This document shows, one piece after another, positions 27,001 to 38,698 of a stretch of 64,000 nucleotides of DNA. The stretch comes from Tubulanus polymorphus (taxonomy: Eukaryota > Animalia > Nemertea): the NCBI RefSeq assembly GCF_964204645.1, contig NC_134031.1:2666001-2730000 (forward strand), read 5' to 3'. The number at the start of each line of letters is the position of its first letter. Position 1 is the stretch's first letter. The translations under genes and the position numbers were made by a program. The notes under the pieces are model-generated. The model searched no databases. It was not told where the DNA came from and saw only the letters and a list, made by a program, of their open reading frames with translations.

Positions 27001-27500
27001 TTCAATGTTCCACAAATCTGCAAATCTTCAACCTCCAAATCACACCTCCCTCAATGACTGTACATGATTTGAATAGGAACAATGATTTTCGAGATTTCAG
27101 GGGCAACTTCCTTTCATCCTAATGTTTTGTATTGAACCCGCTCAGGGGATACAAATTAAGGTGTACAAAAAATGTGTCCATTCATTGCCCCAACCCTGGA
27201 CCCAACCCAATTCCTTCTCTACTTAGTTAGCACCCTATTCGTGTTATTGGATACAAGAATAACAGTAATTGAAAATGAACTAATGTCTAACTATGAAGCG
27301 TTAATCCAAGGACATTAATCATATCTAACTGGTATAGACCTATCTGCTGGTGCCTGGGCGGTGGTGTTGTGTGGACTGGCTGGTTTTTTGACAGTTGTCA
27401 GTTGGTTGTCAATTACAACAGATTTCCGCAGTCAAACGACAAAAAATGTAAACGAAAATGTAACTGAATCATGCGCTAATTACTTGATTCGTGATCCCAT
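12080..27500 (-). CDS. DENND1: DENN domain-containing protein 1 (connecdenn, Rab35 GEF), ~20 coding exons
   Basis: Exon 1 27500-27484 (MGSRIK, as in vertebrate DENND1A), then 26828-26764, 26404-26361, 26285-26236, 26023-25916 (HFTFVLTDVESKLKFGFCR), 25516-25348 (FLPWYEVFYKLLN), exons at ~25.1, 25.0 and 24.4-24.6 kb (SMLYERRIL...YPMHWQHLYIPVLP), 23.9, 23.7, 23.3, 22.8, 22.4, 18.3 (ANPAVK), 18.1, 15.6, 14.1 and 13.6-13.7 kb, and final exon 13246-12080 with FDPL, DPF and NPF motifs and terminal WETFE AP-2-binding motif. Confidence 0.96.
15140..15390. repeat. Degenerate ~32-bp AT-rich minisatellite in a DENND1 intron
   Basis: ~7 copies resembling AAGTATAAAACATTGTACAAGTACTTATGGTA; explains Tyr-rich ORF 14989-15378. 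Confidence 0.75.
16485..16612. mobile_element. PIF/Harbinger-like MITE (copy 1)
   Basis: GGGCCAGTTGCTCAAAA ... TTTTGAGCAACTGGGCC terminal inverted repeats, internal AACCAGTGGATA/TATCCACTGGTT; homologous copy at ~23065-23193; partial termini at ~18728 and 19911-20036. Confidence 0.75.
19582..19867. mobile_element. MITE with ATAGGCGTCCCCA terminal inverted repeats
   Basis: ATAGGCGTCCCCA at 19582 and TGGGGACGCCTAT ending 19867; immediately followed by further inverted-repeat elements (19875-20110). Confidence 0.65.
23065..23193. mobile_element. PIF/Harbinger-like MITE (copy 2)
   Basis: GGGCCAGTTGCTCAAAAGATGGTTAGAGTTTACCAGTGGATAG..., collinear with 16485-16612. Confidence 0.7.
23397..23696. repeat. 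17-bp tandem repeat (CGATATCTCGAGTTATA) x ~17.5 filling a DENND1 intron
   Basis: Near-perfect tandem units directly visible; produces spurious ORFs 23379-23708 and 23387-23725. Confidence 0.97.
24650..24946. repeat. (GAAT)-derived degenerate micro/minisatellite in a DENND1 intron
   Basis: Repeated ATGAATGAACATGTGAA(A/T)TA units ending in (GAAT)n. Confidence 0.8.
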
Positions 27501-27852
27501 CGTAAATCGTTAGCCCATCGTCGACGGCAGCTCCTTAATCGTCATTTAATTACCACAAAAATGTACTGACTTTTGGAGTAGGAGGAATAAATACTTCCTG
27601 CTCCACAGCCATTGGTTGTGGCTATAATGCGGAATTGGATTTAGATTCGGATACCCTCAGGGTTAGTCATGAGGAACCAGCGATCTACTGGTGAATGGAT
27701 TTACACTTTTCTTCATTAAAGAAATAAGCGCCTATGTTATAAGATTTTTTTTAGAAAAAGCTTTATGTATTTTTTTGTAGAGATTTGATGATTTTCTCCG
27801 CTAAAGTTTGATTTCAAGTGTGACAGATGATTCGTAGGTGCGTTACTTCAAC
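27501..27852. promoter_or_regulatory. Compact bidirectional promoter between DENND1 and URM1
   Basis: Divergent start codons 352 bp apart; ATTGG (CCAAT) at ~27611 and ETS-like ACTTCCTG at ~27593. Confidence 0.65.
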
Positions 27853-28864
27853 ATGTCTGCGCCCATGGATATCACACTTGAATTCAGGTTTGCTCCTTTT
27901 TATTTGTTTTTCCTCGTTTATTATCGACGCTGAAAACCGAATAGAGTCTTTCATGAATTTATATATGCTCTTTTACAGCGGTGGAGCTGAACTATTATTT
28001 AATAAAATCAAAAAGCACGACGTTACACTTCCTTCGTCGCTAGAAAAATGTAGGTCTCAACATGAGAATTTGACAAATTAGACCTGAAGTGGAATAAACC
28101 TATTTTTCTACTGACGAATGTTTTGATTTACAGGGACAATTAAATCCTTGCTCGTGTGGATGAGAGATAACATGTTAACTGAACGACCAGAGTTGTTTAT
28201 GCAAGGAGAAACTGTGTAAGTTGACCAACCAATTCTAATAGTCAGTGTCATACAGTCGTCTCTTCATTGACTTCATGCACACAGACGCCGTCTATCCGTT
28301 GGTAGTGGCATATTTAAAAGGCTCGCGCTAATCATAGCACGTTCGCTTATAGTTCTATGCGCTAATCGAGGTTAGAATTGTCTCGGATTTAGAATTTGCT
28401 AATTTCGTGAATAATTTTCTATTTTTCAGGAGACCTGGTATTCTAGTGTTAGTGAACGACGCTGACTGGGAATTAGTGGTACGTGCTTCCATTACTAATT
28501 GAAATCCAACTAATTCGAAGTATTAAATTATAGTAAAAATCAACTCCTGTTGATATCTGAAACATCGTTTCTTATGTAATCGCGATGATGAACAAATTTC
28601 GATTCCAAACTCTTAAATTTATGTAGAATGGGTTTTTATTCTATTGTCCGCTCTCCATGTTTGAGTGTGGTAATTATACAAGGCCTGTAGATCTATCTAT
28701 GCACTTGTATGTTTTAAATACGTCTTGGATTTTCAAAACATGCAATATATAGATTGTGACGCTTTGACTAATTCCTTTCCAATTTTCTCTGACAGGGTGA
28801 ACTGGAATACGAAATCGAAAACAAGGATAAAATCATTTTCATTTCGACCCTACACGGGGGATGA
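27853..28864 (+). CDS. URM1: Ubiquitin-related modifier 1 (sulfur carrier), 5 exons
   Basis: Exons 27853-27887, 27979-28049, 28134-28215, 28430-28478, 28796-28864; [101 protein letters not shown], with the hallmark RPGILVLxND and ISTLHGG motifs. Confidence 0.98.
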
Positions 28865-29109
28865 GCTGGACACCCGGGAAATCCTAAGAAAAATCATTGT
28901 CTAAATATCAATATGATGTTTATGTAAATCCTTTTATTTTATGCATTTGTACACTATTATCGTGATAAATAAATTTAAATGCAATTTTCTACAAAAATTA
29001 AAATTTCTTTGTCTGTCACACTGGGGCATATTGTAGTTGAAGTTTGAGGTGAACTGTAGCTTAGTGCTAAGCGCCCACAGTTGACCACTAACAAGTCGTC
29101 TGTCGATCT

Positions 29110-30332
29110 TCATCGGAAAATGCATCCGGCTGCGTTTTCACACTGCGCCGGCAAACTGAAGTCGTATTCGTCGGCTTTCATATAATCGAACGAATTGAAA
29201 TCTTGGTGTCCCCAGCCTTCGTTTCCTCGGAACCAGAACGCAGCCGGTATCGACTCGCCCCTGGAAAATAGAAAATCAGACCCGATAAAAGTGATACAGT
29301 AAACCTCTCACGTTGCTCGGACTGGCCCAACTCGTATCTGTGAGTAATTCGGACAAAAATGAAAGCAAAGATGAAATCGGAATTCGCTTAAACCTCTGAC
29401 TGATTTAGCCGGCCCCAGTTTGTCTGAGTTGGACGCAGGTTTGCTGTATTTACGTAAATTCGACGGAGCTTACTGTGATAGTTTTTGCCGATAGAAACCG
29501 TACCCAAACGGGGCCGGGTATCTACCACCGAGCACGAACCAGTCGACTATCTTCTCGTGGAATACCTCCGTTCTGTTGAAGGGCACGACGTGAATGAAAT
29601 TCGGTCGCGGCGTATGCCACGGGTTGCCGAAAATACAACACGGCCCTAGAGGAGCCCAGTCCGGCGAGATCAGGTAAGCCGTCGTGCCGCGATTCAGGAA
29701 CGTGCAAGGCCAGTGATTACGAACGGGGAAGATGGGCAGACATTCGTCGAAAAATACTTCGGCCATCGCCGGTAGAAAGTTATCGTACACCGAATATCCC
29801 CGACCCATCGAATGCGGCGCAGGCGGAGCAGTCTGGTACGGAGGCCATGGATCCTCCATCGGGTAATAATAGATAGTCCAGTTGGTCTTGAATCTGTTTG
29901 GTAATATCGGTTCATGTTGGCACGGGGCGTGATGTCTACTCCGACGTGAAATCTACAAATTCAAAATATTGTTCGTTATTTTGGCTATTTTGTTTATACA
30001 CAGCAGCAAAATAATGTGCGGGTTCCCGTAAAACTCCTAACGTAGACATGTTTGGATAATGCGTGTCACCGGATCTTCGGAATTTCTCTGCGTATCATAA
30101 ATCTCAATGTGATGGCATATTTTCCCTCAATAAATTTCACGTGCAGCATTTTTATGGTGGAACTTCTTGCGGTGGCATACTTTATCCTATACTTTCCCTC
30201 GATGTTGTCACCTCTAACACTTACCGTTGAATTTGAATTTGAAAATAACGTCCCGGTGATGGTCAGCAACGACGCGTAATTAGGAATAATCCATAGCGTA
30301 ATGATAACTAATATAGAAGAGAAATTCAGCAT
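29110..30332 (-). CDS. Uncharacterised secreted protein, 3 exons, ~245 aa (possible LolA/ependymin/VioE-like fold)
   Basis: Exons 30332-30225 (hydrophobic signal peptide MLNFSSILVIITLWIIPNYASLL..., donor ACG|GTAAGT), 29952-29474 and 29260-29110; phases 0 and 2 join into an open frame ...EPILPNRFKTNWTIYYYPMEDPWPPY...DECLPIFP...WPCTFLN...GPCCIFGNPWH...DFSLPAQCENAAGCIFR*; TATA-like TATATATA ~30 bp upstream; alternative upstream ATG at 30353. Confidence 0.85.
29297..29446. mobile_element. Tc1/mariner-type MITE in intron 2 of the secreted-protein gene
   Basis: TA|CAGTAAACCT ... AGGTTTGCTG|TA; related copy at ~33319-33437 (GTAAACTTT...AAAGTTTACTG, sharing TCGGACAAAAA and CCCAGTTTGTC). Confidence 0.7.
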
Positions 30333-30840
30333 TTTGCGAAATACAAGAAACATCTATCGCTGTATATATAAAAAGTCTCTAATACCATTCGATCTCATAT
30401 CGGACACAGATCTATGGTCAATGGTTGGCGCTTGCACAGTCTTTCCTTATCCATCCCCGTATCTAATCTACATATTTGTTTATCGAATAAAGCAATCATT
30501 AAAGGCACAAAGGCTACTTTTTATTTTGGAGTATGTTTGAGTAGTGGTCAATGCTATCTGCATTGGTTTTTACGCCGTAATATCGCCATTTGGATGAATA
30601 ACGCCATATTTTCTTGGTCAATTTACATAAGATAAAACGGGTACAGCCTTTAAAGGCATTAGAACAGACTGTACCGAGAGCGTAATAGATAAACAAACAA
30701 GTTGAGCAATTTTCACATTTCCAATGCAACGTCTCGGCGTAGGCCAATAAGGGTTGTCTCCACAAATGACATTAAAGAGATGAGAGACAGACACTGACGA
30801 CTTATCCTTATAATTAAGGAGTAGAATTTATTGAAAAAAA

Positions 30841-30942
30841 TCCTTATAGGGCACTGTTCGCGAATCTAATAGGCTCGCTGATATTTTGGGGCTCGTCGCC
30901 GACTGCCCGAAAATGTCTTTCGCCGTGCAAAAACATGATGTA
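30841..30942 (+). pseudogene. Decayed fragment of a cyclooxygenase paralog (last-exon relic)
   Basis: 30841-30897 aligns to 36401-36456 and 30898-30942 to 36536-36580 (GACTGCCCGAAAATGTCTTTCGCCGTGCAAAAA vs GACTGTCCGAAAATGTCTTTCGCCGTGCAGAAA), with a ~80-bp internal deletion, a frameshift and a stop. Confidence 0.8.
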
Positions 30943-33492
30943 TTGTATCCATAGTGAACAGAATTGTACATTTTTAATTTCTGCAGGTGTTCAATGTTTC
31001 AACTTGTCTACATTATGTCTACATTATACATGCAATTTACATGAATTGATCAAACGGAGAAACTTGTTAAATTGTCATTCGATTTACATGTAGCAAGAGT
31101 TATTTTTGGACACCACAACGTTTCAGATGCCAAGTAGCAGCCGCGGTGATGATGATATAGAAACGACTGTACGACTTCCGCATTCCTTACAGGCGCCAGA
31201 ATGGCGTTCTACATGTATATCACAATGAATCAAAGCTTGCTATCACGCCATGGACACCTACAATAGATGCCAATGGGTTTATCAAGTGTGGAACAATTGA
31301 TCGAGTAAAAAATATCTCATTTCCTCTCACAGAAATAGACCGAAAAGCTATACATATCGCAGACGATTCACTTCCGCCGTCTGTCGTGTGTGTGCGTGTC
31401 TCGTAACAAGTTCACCCGGCCTAGGAATAGGACGTTTTTAGATCAAGGTGAGTGAAGGGCATCAAATGCTTGGAGTATAGTTCAATAGTATATAGACCTG
31501 GCAAATGAAAGGTAATCGAACATTTTTAACATCCAGGGCAAAATATTTTCCAGTGGATGAATATTTTTACTATTTCAACTGGACGATCCACAGCATCGTT
31601 CACATCGCTAGTTAAAGCCAATGTAAGATGATTCGGTAACCAATGAGATGGTTCTCCGAGTGCACTTTGATTGAACTCCCAGTTTCATCAGAACATTCAA
31701 AGATTGCTCAATAGAAGAAAAGTCCGGCTATTTTATAATCGCTCGCGGCTTCTTTAAAAACACATTGCGGTTTTACATTATTCCATTCTTCCAAAAGAAG
31801 TACATTCATAACAACGCTTCGATGTCTTGGAAAATTTCAAGGAAGCGATATTTCGTCGGTTTAATTGCGGTGTTCCGTCGTATTTTGATTGTATTTACAC
31901 ATAAAGGATGACTTCGTGGCCGCATATCTTGTATCTTTTGTCAGTGTTTCAAGTAGGCCATGTTCTCTGTGATGAATCACACGCGCTCATTTTTGCCTCT
32001 CCTCCCTGTGATGATAATTGTATTCACATGGCCAAATATATCCTATGCAATAATATATCGAGCTTCCCGCTTCATAAATAAAGTTTGTTTTCACGCGAGC
32101 AAGTGTGGGCGCGATCGACTCGACCGGGGTTTATATATACAACGAGGTAGTTTTTTAAGTTAACGTATTTGGCAATGAATTTTTACGACTTTTCATGTAA
32201 GAACAAAGTTTCATGGAAGAATGACTTTCAAATAAAAGCTAATGTTGAATAACAGCTCTGTATATAAGTATCTATACAGTTTACAGGTCTACACACAGTG
32301 TTATATGGTATTTATCTACCCGCCTCGGTAGTTCGGGAATTTCAAAAGTCATAGTTCCGTCTCAGATTGCAGGTGCGGGTAAGTTTCTTTGCTTGGAGAA
32401 GGAAGTATACATTTCAAAACTAGGTCGAATCTTTTACCTATATAGTATCGACTACAGATATAATTGCTTTTTTCTAATAATGGTGATTTCACCGGTAGTG
32501 CAGGCTAAAATAAATTTTATCTAATGATTACCGGGGGTATTGAAATATCATGGAACATTGTTGTTACAAGTGCCCGTGCGAATTCTACAGCGATGAAATC
32601 TCATACGCCTCGTAGCATTTCTCTCGTCATAGCCGATATTTCGACACATTCTCTTAATCGTATTACCGAAATTTGTTATTTACGAGCGAAAATTGCTGTA
32701 TGAAATTGGCCGTAATTTGGATAAACAGAAAACAAGCCACGCTATATAATTTGCCTTAGCCTTTATCTCTATATGCACATATATATAAAGCTCTGCTGTG
32801 ACGCTACCTTTTTTTTACTCAATGAAACATTTATCAAAAGTGTCTCGTCTAAACAAAAAAAACGAACAACGAGACGAGAATTTTTGAAACTGGTCTAGAT
32901 CATGAATAACTAAGTCGCGCATGATTTCTCTACGAGAGTTCTGGCCGTCACATATGTATTGTTCGCTGATTTGTCATATTGGCCGTCAATTGGATTTTTG
33001 AACTACTGTAAACCACTTGCACTGGACGGTCAATATGACGCGCTGTGACCACCCCACGTTTATAGCGTCATTATCGCCGCCACGGTTTAGTTTGGGTCGG
33101 TTTGATAGGTTACTGCAAGAGACGACTGTGGTTACCCGGGCGTTCCGCGGAAGTCGTGCGGTTTTTGATGTACTCGGAAACTATGTCGAAAGGAACGCCC
33201 CCGAGCACCACGCCTTGTGTTCAAAGTCTAACCCAGACAAGGCCTGCCGTTTGATGTGGGAGCAGCCAGGGGTTCTAGAACCGACGATGGACGTGGATCA
33301 TGGCTACCTGCGAAATATGTAAACTTTACTCGCTGCCTGACTCGGACGTGTCCACCTCGGGATTTTTGACAAACTCGGACAAAAAACTAAATCATTCTGC
33401 CGATCCCAGTTTGTCCGTGGTAGGCAAAGTTTACTGAAGATCTAAGTCAACATTGGTCTTTAAAACTTTTCAGAAAAGAGTAGAAAACAACT

Positions 33493-36400
33493 ATGTTGGT
33501 CCGCATTGGTTTGATATTGGTTTCGCTCGTGTTAATCGAAGCATCTAATAGCGAGAAAAATGTCAAACAACAAAGTAAGTAAACCGCACCTAGCTGACTG
33601 AAAGTACAAGTTTTTAGAACTTTCGTAGAATTAGAAAAAGCTATGAATTTCGATTTTGATGTAATTTCTAGTAAATCCTTGTTGTTCGAATCCGTGTCAG
33701 AATGGTGGAATCTGCATGACGAAAGGGTTCGCGGATTATACCTGTGACTGTGGCGCTTTGCCATACTACGGAAAACATTGCGAAACTCGTAAGTGTAAAT
33801 TCGGTTTTTGCGAACTGTCCTCACATCGGAATTGAGAGGTTTTAGATATTGGTCGCTATGATGCGAATGAACCTTTTCATTTTAGCCACTTGGGCTCGAT
33901 GGTTAGCTTCTAAGATCCGACCTTCGCCTGATGTGATGCATCGCATCACTACGAGTTATGAGCCGCTGTGGAGATTAGTAAACGGTTGGACCTGGTTGCA
34001 CGATGGTTTCATGCGATTCGTCCTAATCGGTAGGTGCTGTTTTGATAGTCGCGGGGAACTAGCTGGAAATGAAAATAATCGAAATTTGACTATCGATGCA
34101 ACCTTTCTTAATTCATGTTAATTCTTAATTCTGTCCATAATTTTAGATCGATTCGGCAAAGTAGATTTACCAGCTCCGTTTTCTGCCGACAAGGCCTATA
34201 CAACCGTCGACACTTATTTCAACCAATCTACATTCACCAGGGCATTGCCGCCCGTGCCCGTAAACTGCCCGACTCCTATGGGCACAAAAGGTATGTATCG
34301 GAATACTTTGATTGATGATATTTGAGTATCGTATCGACTGAGATGAGAATCTTCACCTTTCTCATGAATCCAGGTAAAGCTGTTCTGCCCGATCCTGATG
34401 AAATTGCCCGAGAGTTATTCACCAGGAAGAAATTCATTCCCGATTCGATCAATACGAACGTATTTTTCGGATTCTTCGCTCAACATTTCACGCACATGTT
34501 CTTTAAGACGGACGCGAGTAAAGGACCGGCCTATACCTGGGGTCGTCACGGGGTAAGTGATGTATCAAAATGTTCCGTCGCCTGGCGTTTGTTATACAGT
34601 CGTCTCGTCGTTCTTATTTACGTTTCATCCTATAGTTATCATATTCCGAATTAAGTACCTGTAGTTGAGATTATTGAGAATTAACATTTTTGAACTCATT
34701 TGTCAACGTTAAATAACAGATGGAACATTTAGAAATGAATCCTTGCTTTCAAAAGCTTACACGACGTTAAGGGTGAACGTTTTTTTTTTCGATTTTACCA
34801 AGATATCTTTAGTATCATATGCACTTGTATAAAATTCTATTTCTTTTAGGTGGATGTATCGAACATTTACGGACCGAATCTGGAGACGGAGAAGTTACTG
34901 CGATCGTCGGTAGGTGGCAAGTTAAAGATGCAAGAAATCAAAGGTGAAATGTGGCCTATGTTTACCAAGGATATACCCGGTATCAAAATGACCAAATGGC
35001 CGGGTCTCGAGTCGAAGTTGGACTTCGCGTTGGGACACAGTTTCTTCTCGATATTACCGGGAATGACGCTGATCAGCACGATCTGGATGCGAGAGCATAA
35101 TCGAGTTGCCGGTATTCTAGAACAAGAACATCCAGAATGGGACGACGAGCAAATCTTCCAAACTGCTAAACTTATCATATTAGGTAAGACAGCGAAAAAT
35201 GTTGAACCAACCTGGCTATACAAATTGGTAATTAGGCATAAAAACATATACATAGCCTGCAGTTGCAACTGCCTTTTTATTTCACATTCGTCGTATCCTC
35301 CTTCGACATAATGATCTTGCATACTCTTTCACCCTAGGCGAGACCATCAAAATCGTCATCGAAGATTACGTACAGCACCTGAGCTCTTACAAGTTCAAAC
35401 TGACCTACGACCCTGCGCTGTTACACGGAGAACCGCTCCAATATCAGAATAGAATATTCGTCGAGTTCAACCATTTATACCGCTGGCATCCGCTTACTCC
35501 TGACACCTTCAAAATTACCAATACCGAATACACGATTCAAGAACTTATCAGTGATGGTACCGAGTTACTGCTGAAATACGGTCTGGCATCTTTCCTGAAA
35601 TCGTTGATTGCCCAACCTGCTGGCCAGGTAAGAATATTTCATCGTAGCTTTGCTATTTCTTCAAAGCGTATTTACGTCGGTTGTATATAGGTACTGTCCA
35701 CATAAACTACGCTTTTGTTCTCAAAGCAAAACCATGTTCTGTAAAATAATTAATATTACGAGTTTATTGGGAAATTTGGAAATTTTCACACCATGATTGA
35801 ATGATATTTTAGATCGGTCCAAGGAACCACGGCGTGTATACTCTGGGTGTGGTGAAGTCAGTACTACACGAAGGCAGGGAACTTCGTCTGCAATCGTTCA
35901 ATGAATACAGGAAGAAATATCTATTGAAACCGTATGAATCATTCCAGGAATTAACAGGTGAGGGAATTTCGAGAAATTAGCGAAACCATCAACGTAGGAT
36001 ATTGAGTGAGTAACTATGGCGAAACGTGTATGTCATAGCCTACTTATCTCGACCCTATGGTTACAGTATAAACTCTTTTTTTTAAAAAAAACTTAATAAG
36101 CATAATCAATTCATTTCCAGTTGCCTTACGTCGTTCTAAGAAATTCAAACTGTATAACTAGCTTTTGATCAAATACCTATGGGCAGCCAACCTTAAGTGT
36201 GGACCAGTAGTGCGTGTATAGTTGCACATTTGTACATGTGATTTATGGTATGTTTTGTAGGTGATAGTGAACTTGCCGCTAAACTAGAGCGGATGTACGG
36301 AGACATAGACGCCGTGGAATACTTCACCGGTATCATGCTAGAAAAACAGCGACCGTCAGCCCTGTTCGGCGGCACGGCCGTTGAAATGGGCGGCCCTTAC

Positions 36401-36607
36401 TCGCTACAGGGACTGTACGCGAATCCGATAGGCTCGCCGAAATACTGGCGCCCGTCTACTTTCGGAGGTGACGTAGGATTCGATATAGTGAAAACTGCGT
36501 CGTTGGAAAAACTATTCTGTGCGAATATAAAGAAAGGCGACTGTCCGAAAATGTCTTTCGCCGTGCAGAAAGACGATGCAGCTAGTTCCGTGAAAGAAGA
36601 ACTATGA
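33493..36607 (+). CDS. PTGS: Prostaglandin G/H synthase (cyclooxygenase), 9 coding exons, 593 aa
   Basis: Exons 33493-33574, 33672-33788, 33886-34029, 34147-34290, 34374-34552, 34850-35183, 35338-35627, 35813-35957, 36261-36607 (1782 nt, phases consistent). Signal peptide, EGF domain NPCCSNPCQNGGIC, RALPPVP, FAQHFTH (distal His), TIWMREHNRV, EFNHLYRWH (Tyr385/His388), GPYSL (Ser530), C-terminal KEEL. Confidence 0.97.
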
Positions 36608-38698
36608 TTGAAGTTAAAGCACATTATCTCTTTCTGTGTCCAATGTTCGTTAATTTTCTTTCGAAAATCTTTAGATCTTTAGCAATAATAGTTCTTCTAA
36701 CCTTCTAAATAGGCTTCTAACCAATCAATGCTATTCGCATTAATAATCCGAATGACAAAAACTTAATACGACGCACATTTTATATTTTTGTATTTTTTAT
36801 ACTTTTGAAATAAAATTCATTCCGTCAATAGAAATATAGTCATTAACATTTGGATTGCTTATTTCTTTATCTTGATAGCGGTTCTTTCAAAAATAGGAAA
36901 CTCGATATAAGTCTCGTTCCGTACAACATGTTGCAAATATCCGAATAATTTGAAACCTCTAGCGAGGAATAGAAAAGATTTAAAAAAAACGTGATAAATC
37001 TATACCTTGACCGTTGAGCGATGGTTGCCTATTCTGACCACAGTAAGACGGATAGCTGTTTAGTATGCATAAAGTTACCGCCACGAATGAAACTGTGTAG
37101 ATGAGCTCCGGTAATTTATTATACCATTTGACGAGCGGGTTTCCGCTGATTGTCTTCAAAGCGAAAATGCTAAAACGCGGACTCTCCTTGCATCCACAAT
37201 GGCCTAGCCGTCCTCTTCGTAATGTTTTTTTTTTGCGCAGTGTATTAGTGATAGGATACGTGGATCTTGGCTTCCGGACTTTAGTTTTGTCCATTAAACG
37301 GGACTTGTAAATCTTTTAGAAAAGGGAATACAAGAATGTGTCCATATTTTAGATTAACTGAATACATAGTGAATGAATAACGTATTACTTTTTATGTTTC
37401 TATAATAAAACGGAAGGTAACGTAATGCGATGATTCTCCACAACGGGGCGCTAGCGTCGCAAAATACAAAAGAAATAATCATTCGATTTACTGGTGAACG
37501 TCAGTCTGTCAGTAGTACTACCGCTCCGGGGATGCCAGCAGTTTCAGAATCGCTAGAAAAAAATTCCGGCCAAATCCGGTGTTAAAAACGACTAGTGACA
37601 ACTTCTTATTGATTAGCGGCTCACCGAGTCGAGGTGAAGAAAAACCTACGCAGCAAAGATAAAAAATAGTGGAAAAAATGACGTTGTTTAGTGTCGTGTT
37701 AACCTATCGGAAAAGTAGAGTGTGGTCGAAAGATGGTCAAACCGTCACGGTAAGGTAAACAAACGAACCTTCGCGCATATTTTTTCTCAGGACAAAAAAA
37801 CGATTGAAATATCTTTAACACTGCGCACTCTTCTCCACTGGAAACCACGAGATAAAACATATGTTTTCTCGGGGTGGATTTTAAAGCGAAAATATTTCGT
37901 TCGCGCTCTCGTTCCCGGGACTCGCTATATCTGTGTATTGGTTAATCGCGTGTGAAATGTTCGGCGAAAGTTGCGCAAAAGAATGGGATTTTGTGTTAAA
38001 ACTTTTCTCACGAATATGGCGTTTTTTCAAGATTGAAAATATGGAAATTCGTGTCGAGTCGAGTACATCGAACGGCGAAATCTTTCGTCGAAGATAAATT
38101 CTAGTTGTCGGTTTCGCTCTGGTTTCAGGAGATTCCGGTTGTAGGTGTTAAATGTTATTCAAGCGTTGAAGAGAGGCTTTTATTAATGATTACAGAAAAG
38201 TACGAAACTTCTTCGGTTTTCGTATTGTACACCACGTAACGTTATCATCGCCTGCGAAAATTTACGACCGTTTTTTCGTTGGCGCTGCGTCACATCGCTG
38301 CAGAAGCGAAGCTCTACGCGGATCGCGAGATTATAAAGCGGCACCGGGCGCTATTACACGGTAGATAGCGGAGAAAACTATTTCGCAACAAGATTTTTTA
38401 ATCAGTCAGAGTTTCAGAAATTGCATACAGTGATCGTTGTTGAAATCGATCTATTACAACAACGGGATTCGGTTGACTATCGGGAAATTGAATAAGAACT
38501 ATTATACGATTCAACCGAACAAACATGCCAATACGAATTGCGAAGGAATTCCATTCTGGCAAAACTAAAAAAATCGCTACAATAATTCTTGATACAGATA
38601 AACAGATTATTAAGCGGATGGTGAAACAGTGAGGCACGATGGCGCATTAAACGAGGGTGATATATAAACATCCCGCGTACTCGGATAAACGTCTTGAA

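Noticed and set aside
30066-30224. Distal part of ORF 30066-30353
   Set aside because: The strong donor ACG|GTAAGT at 30225 gives the correct phase for exon 2; the rest is intron
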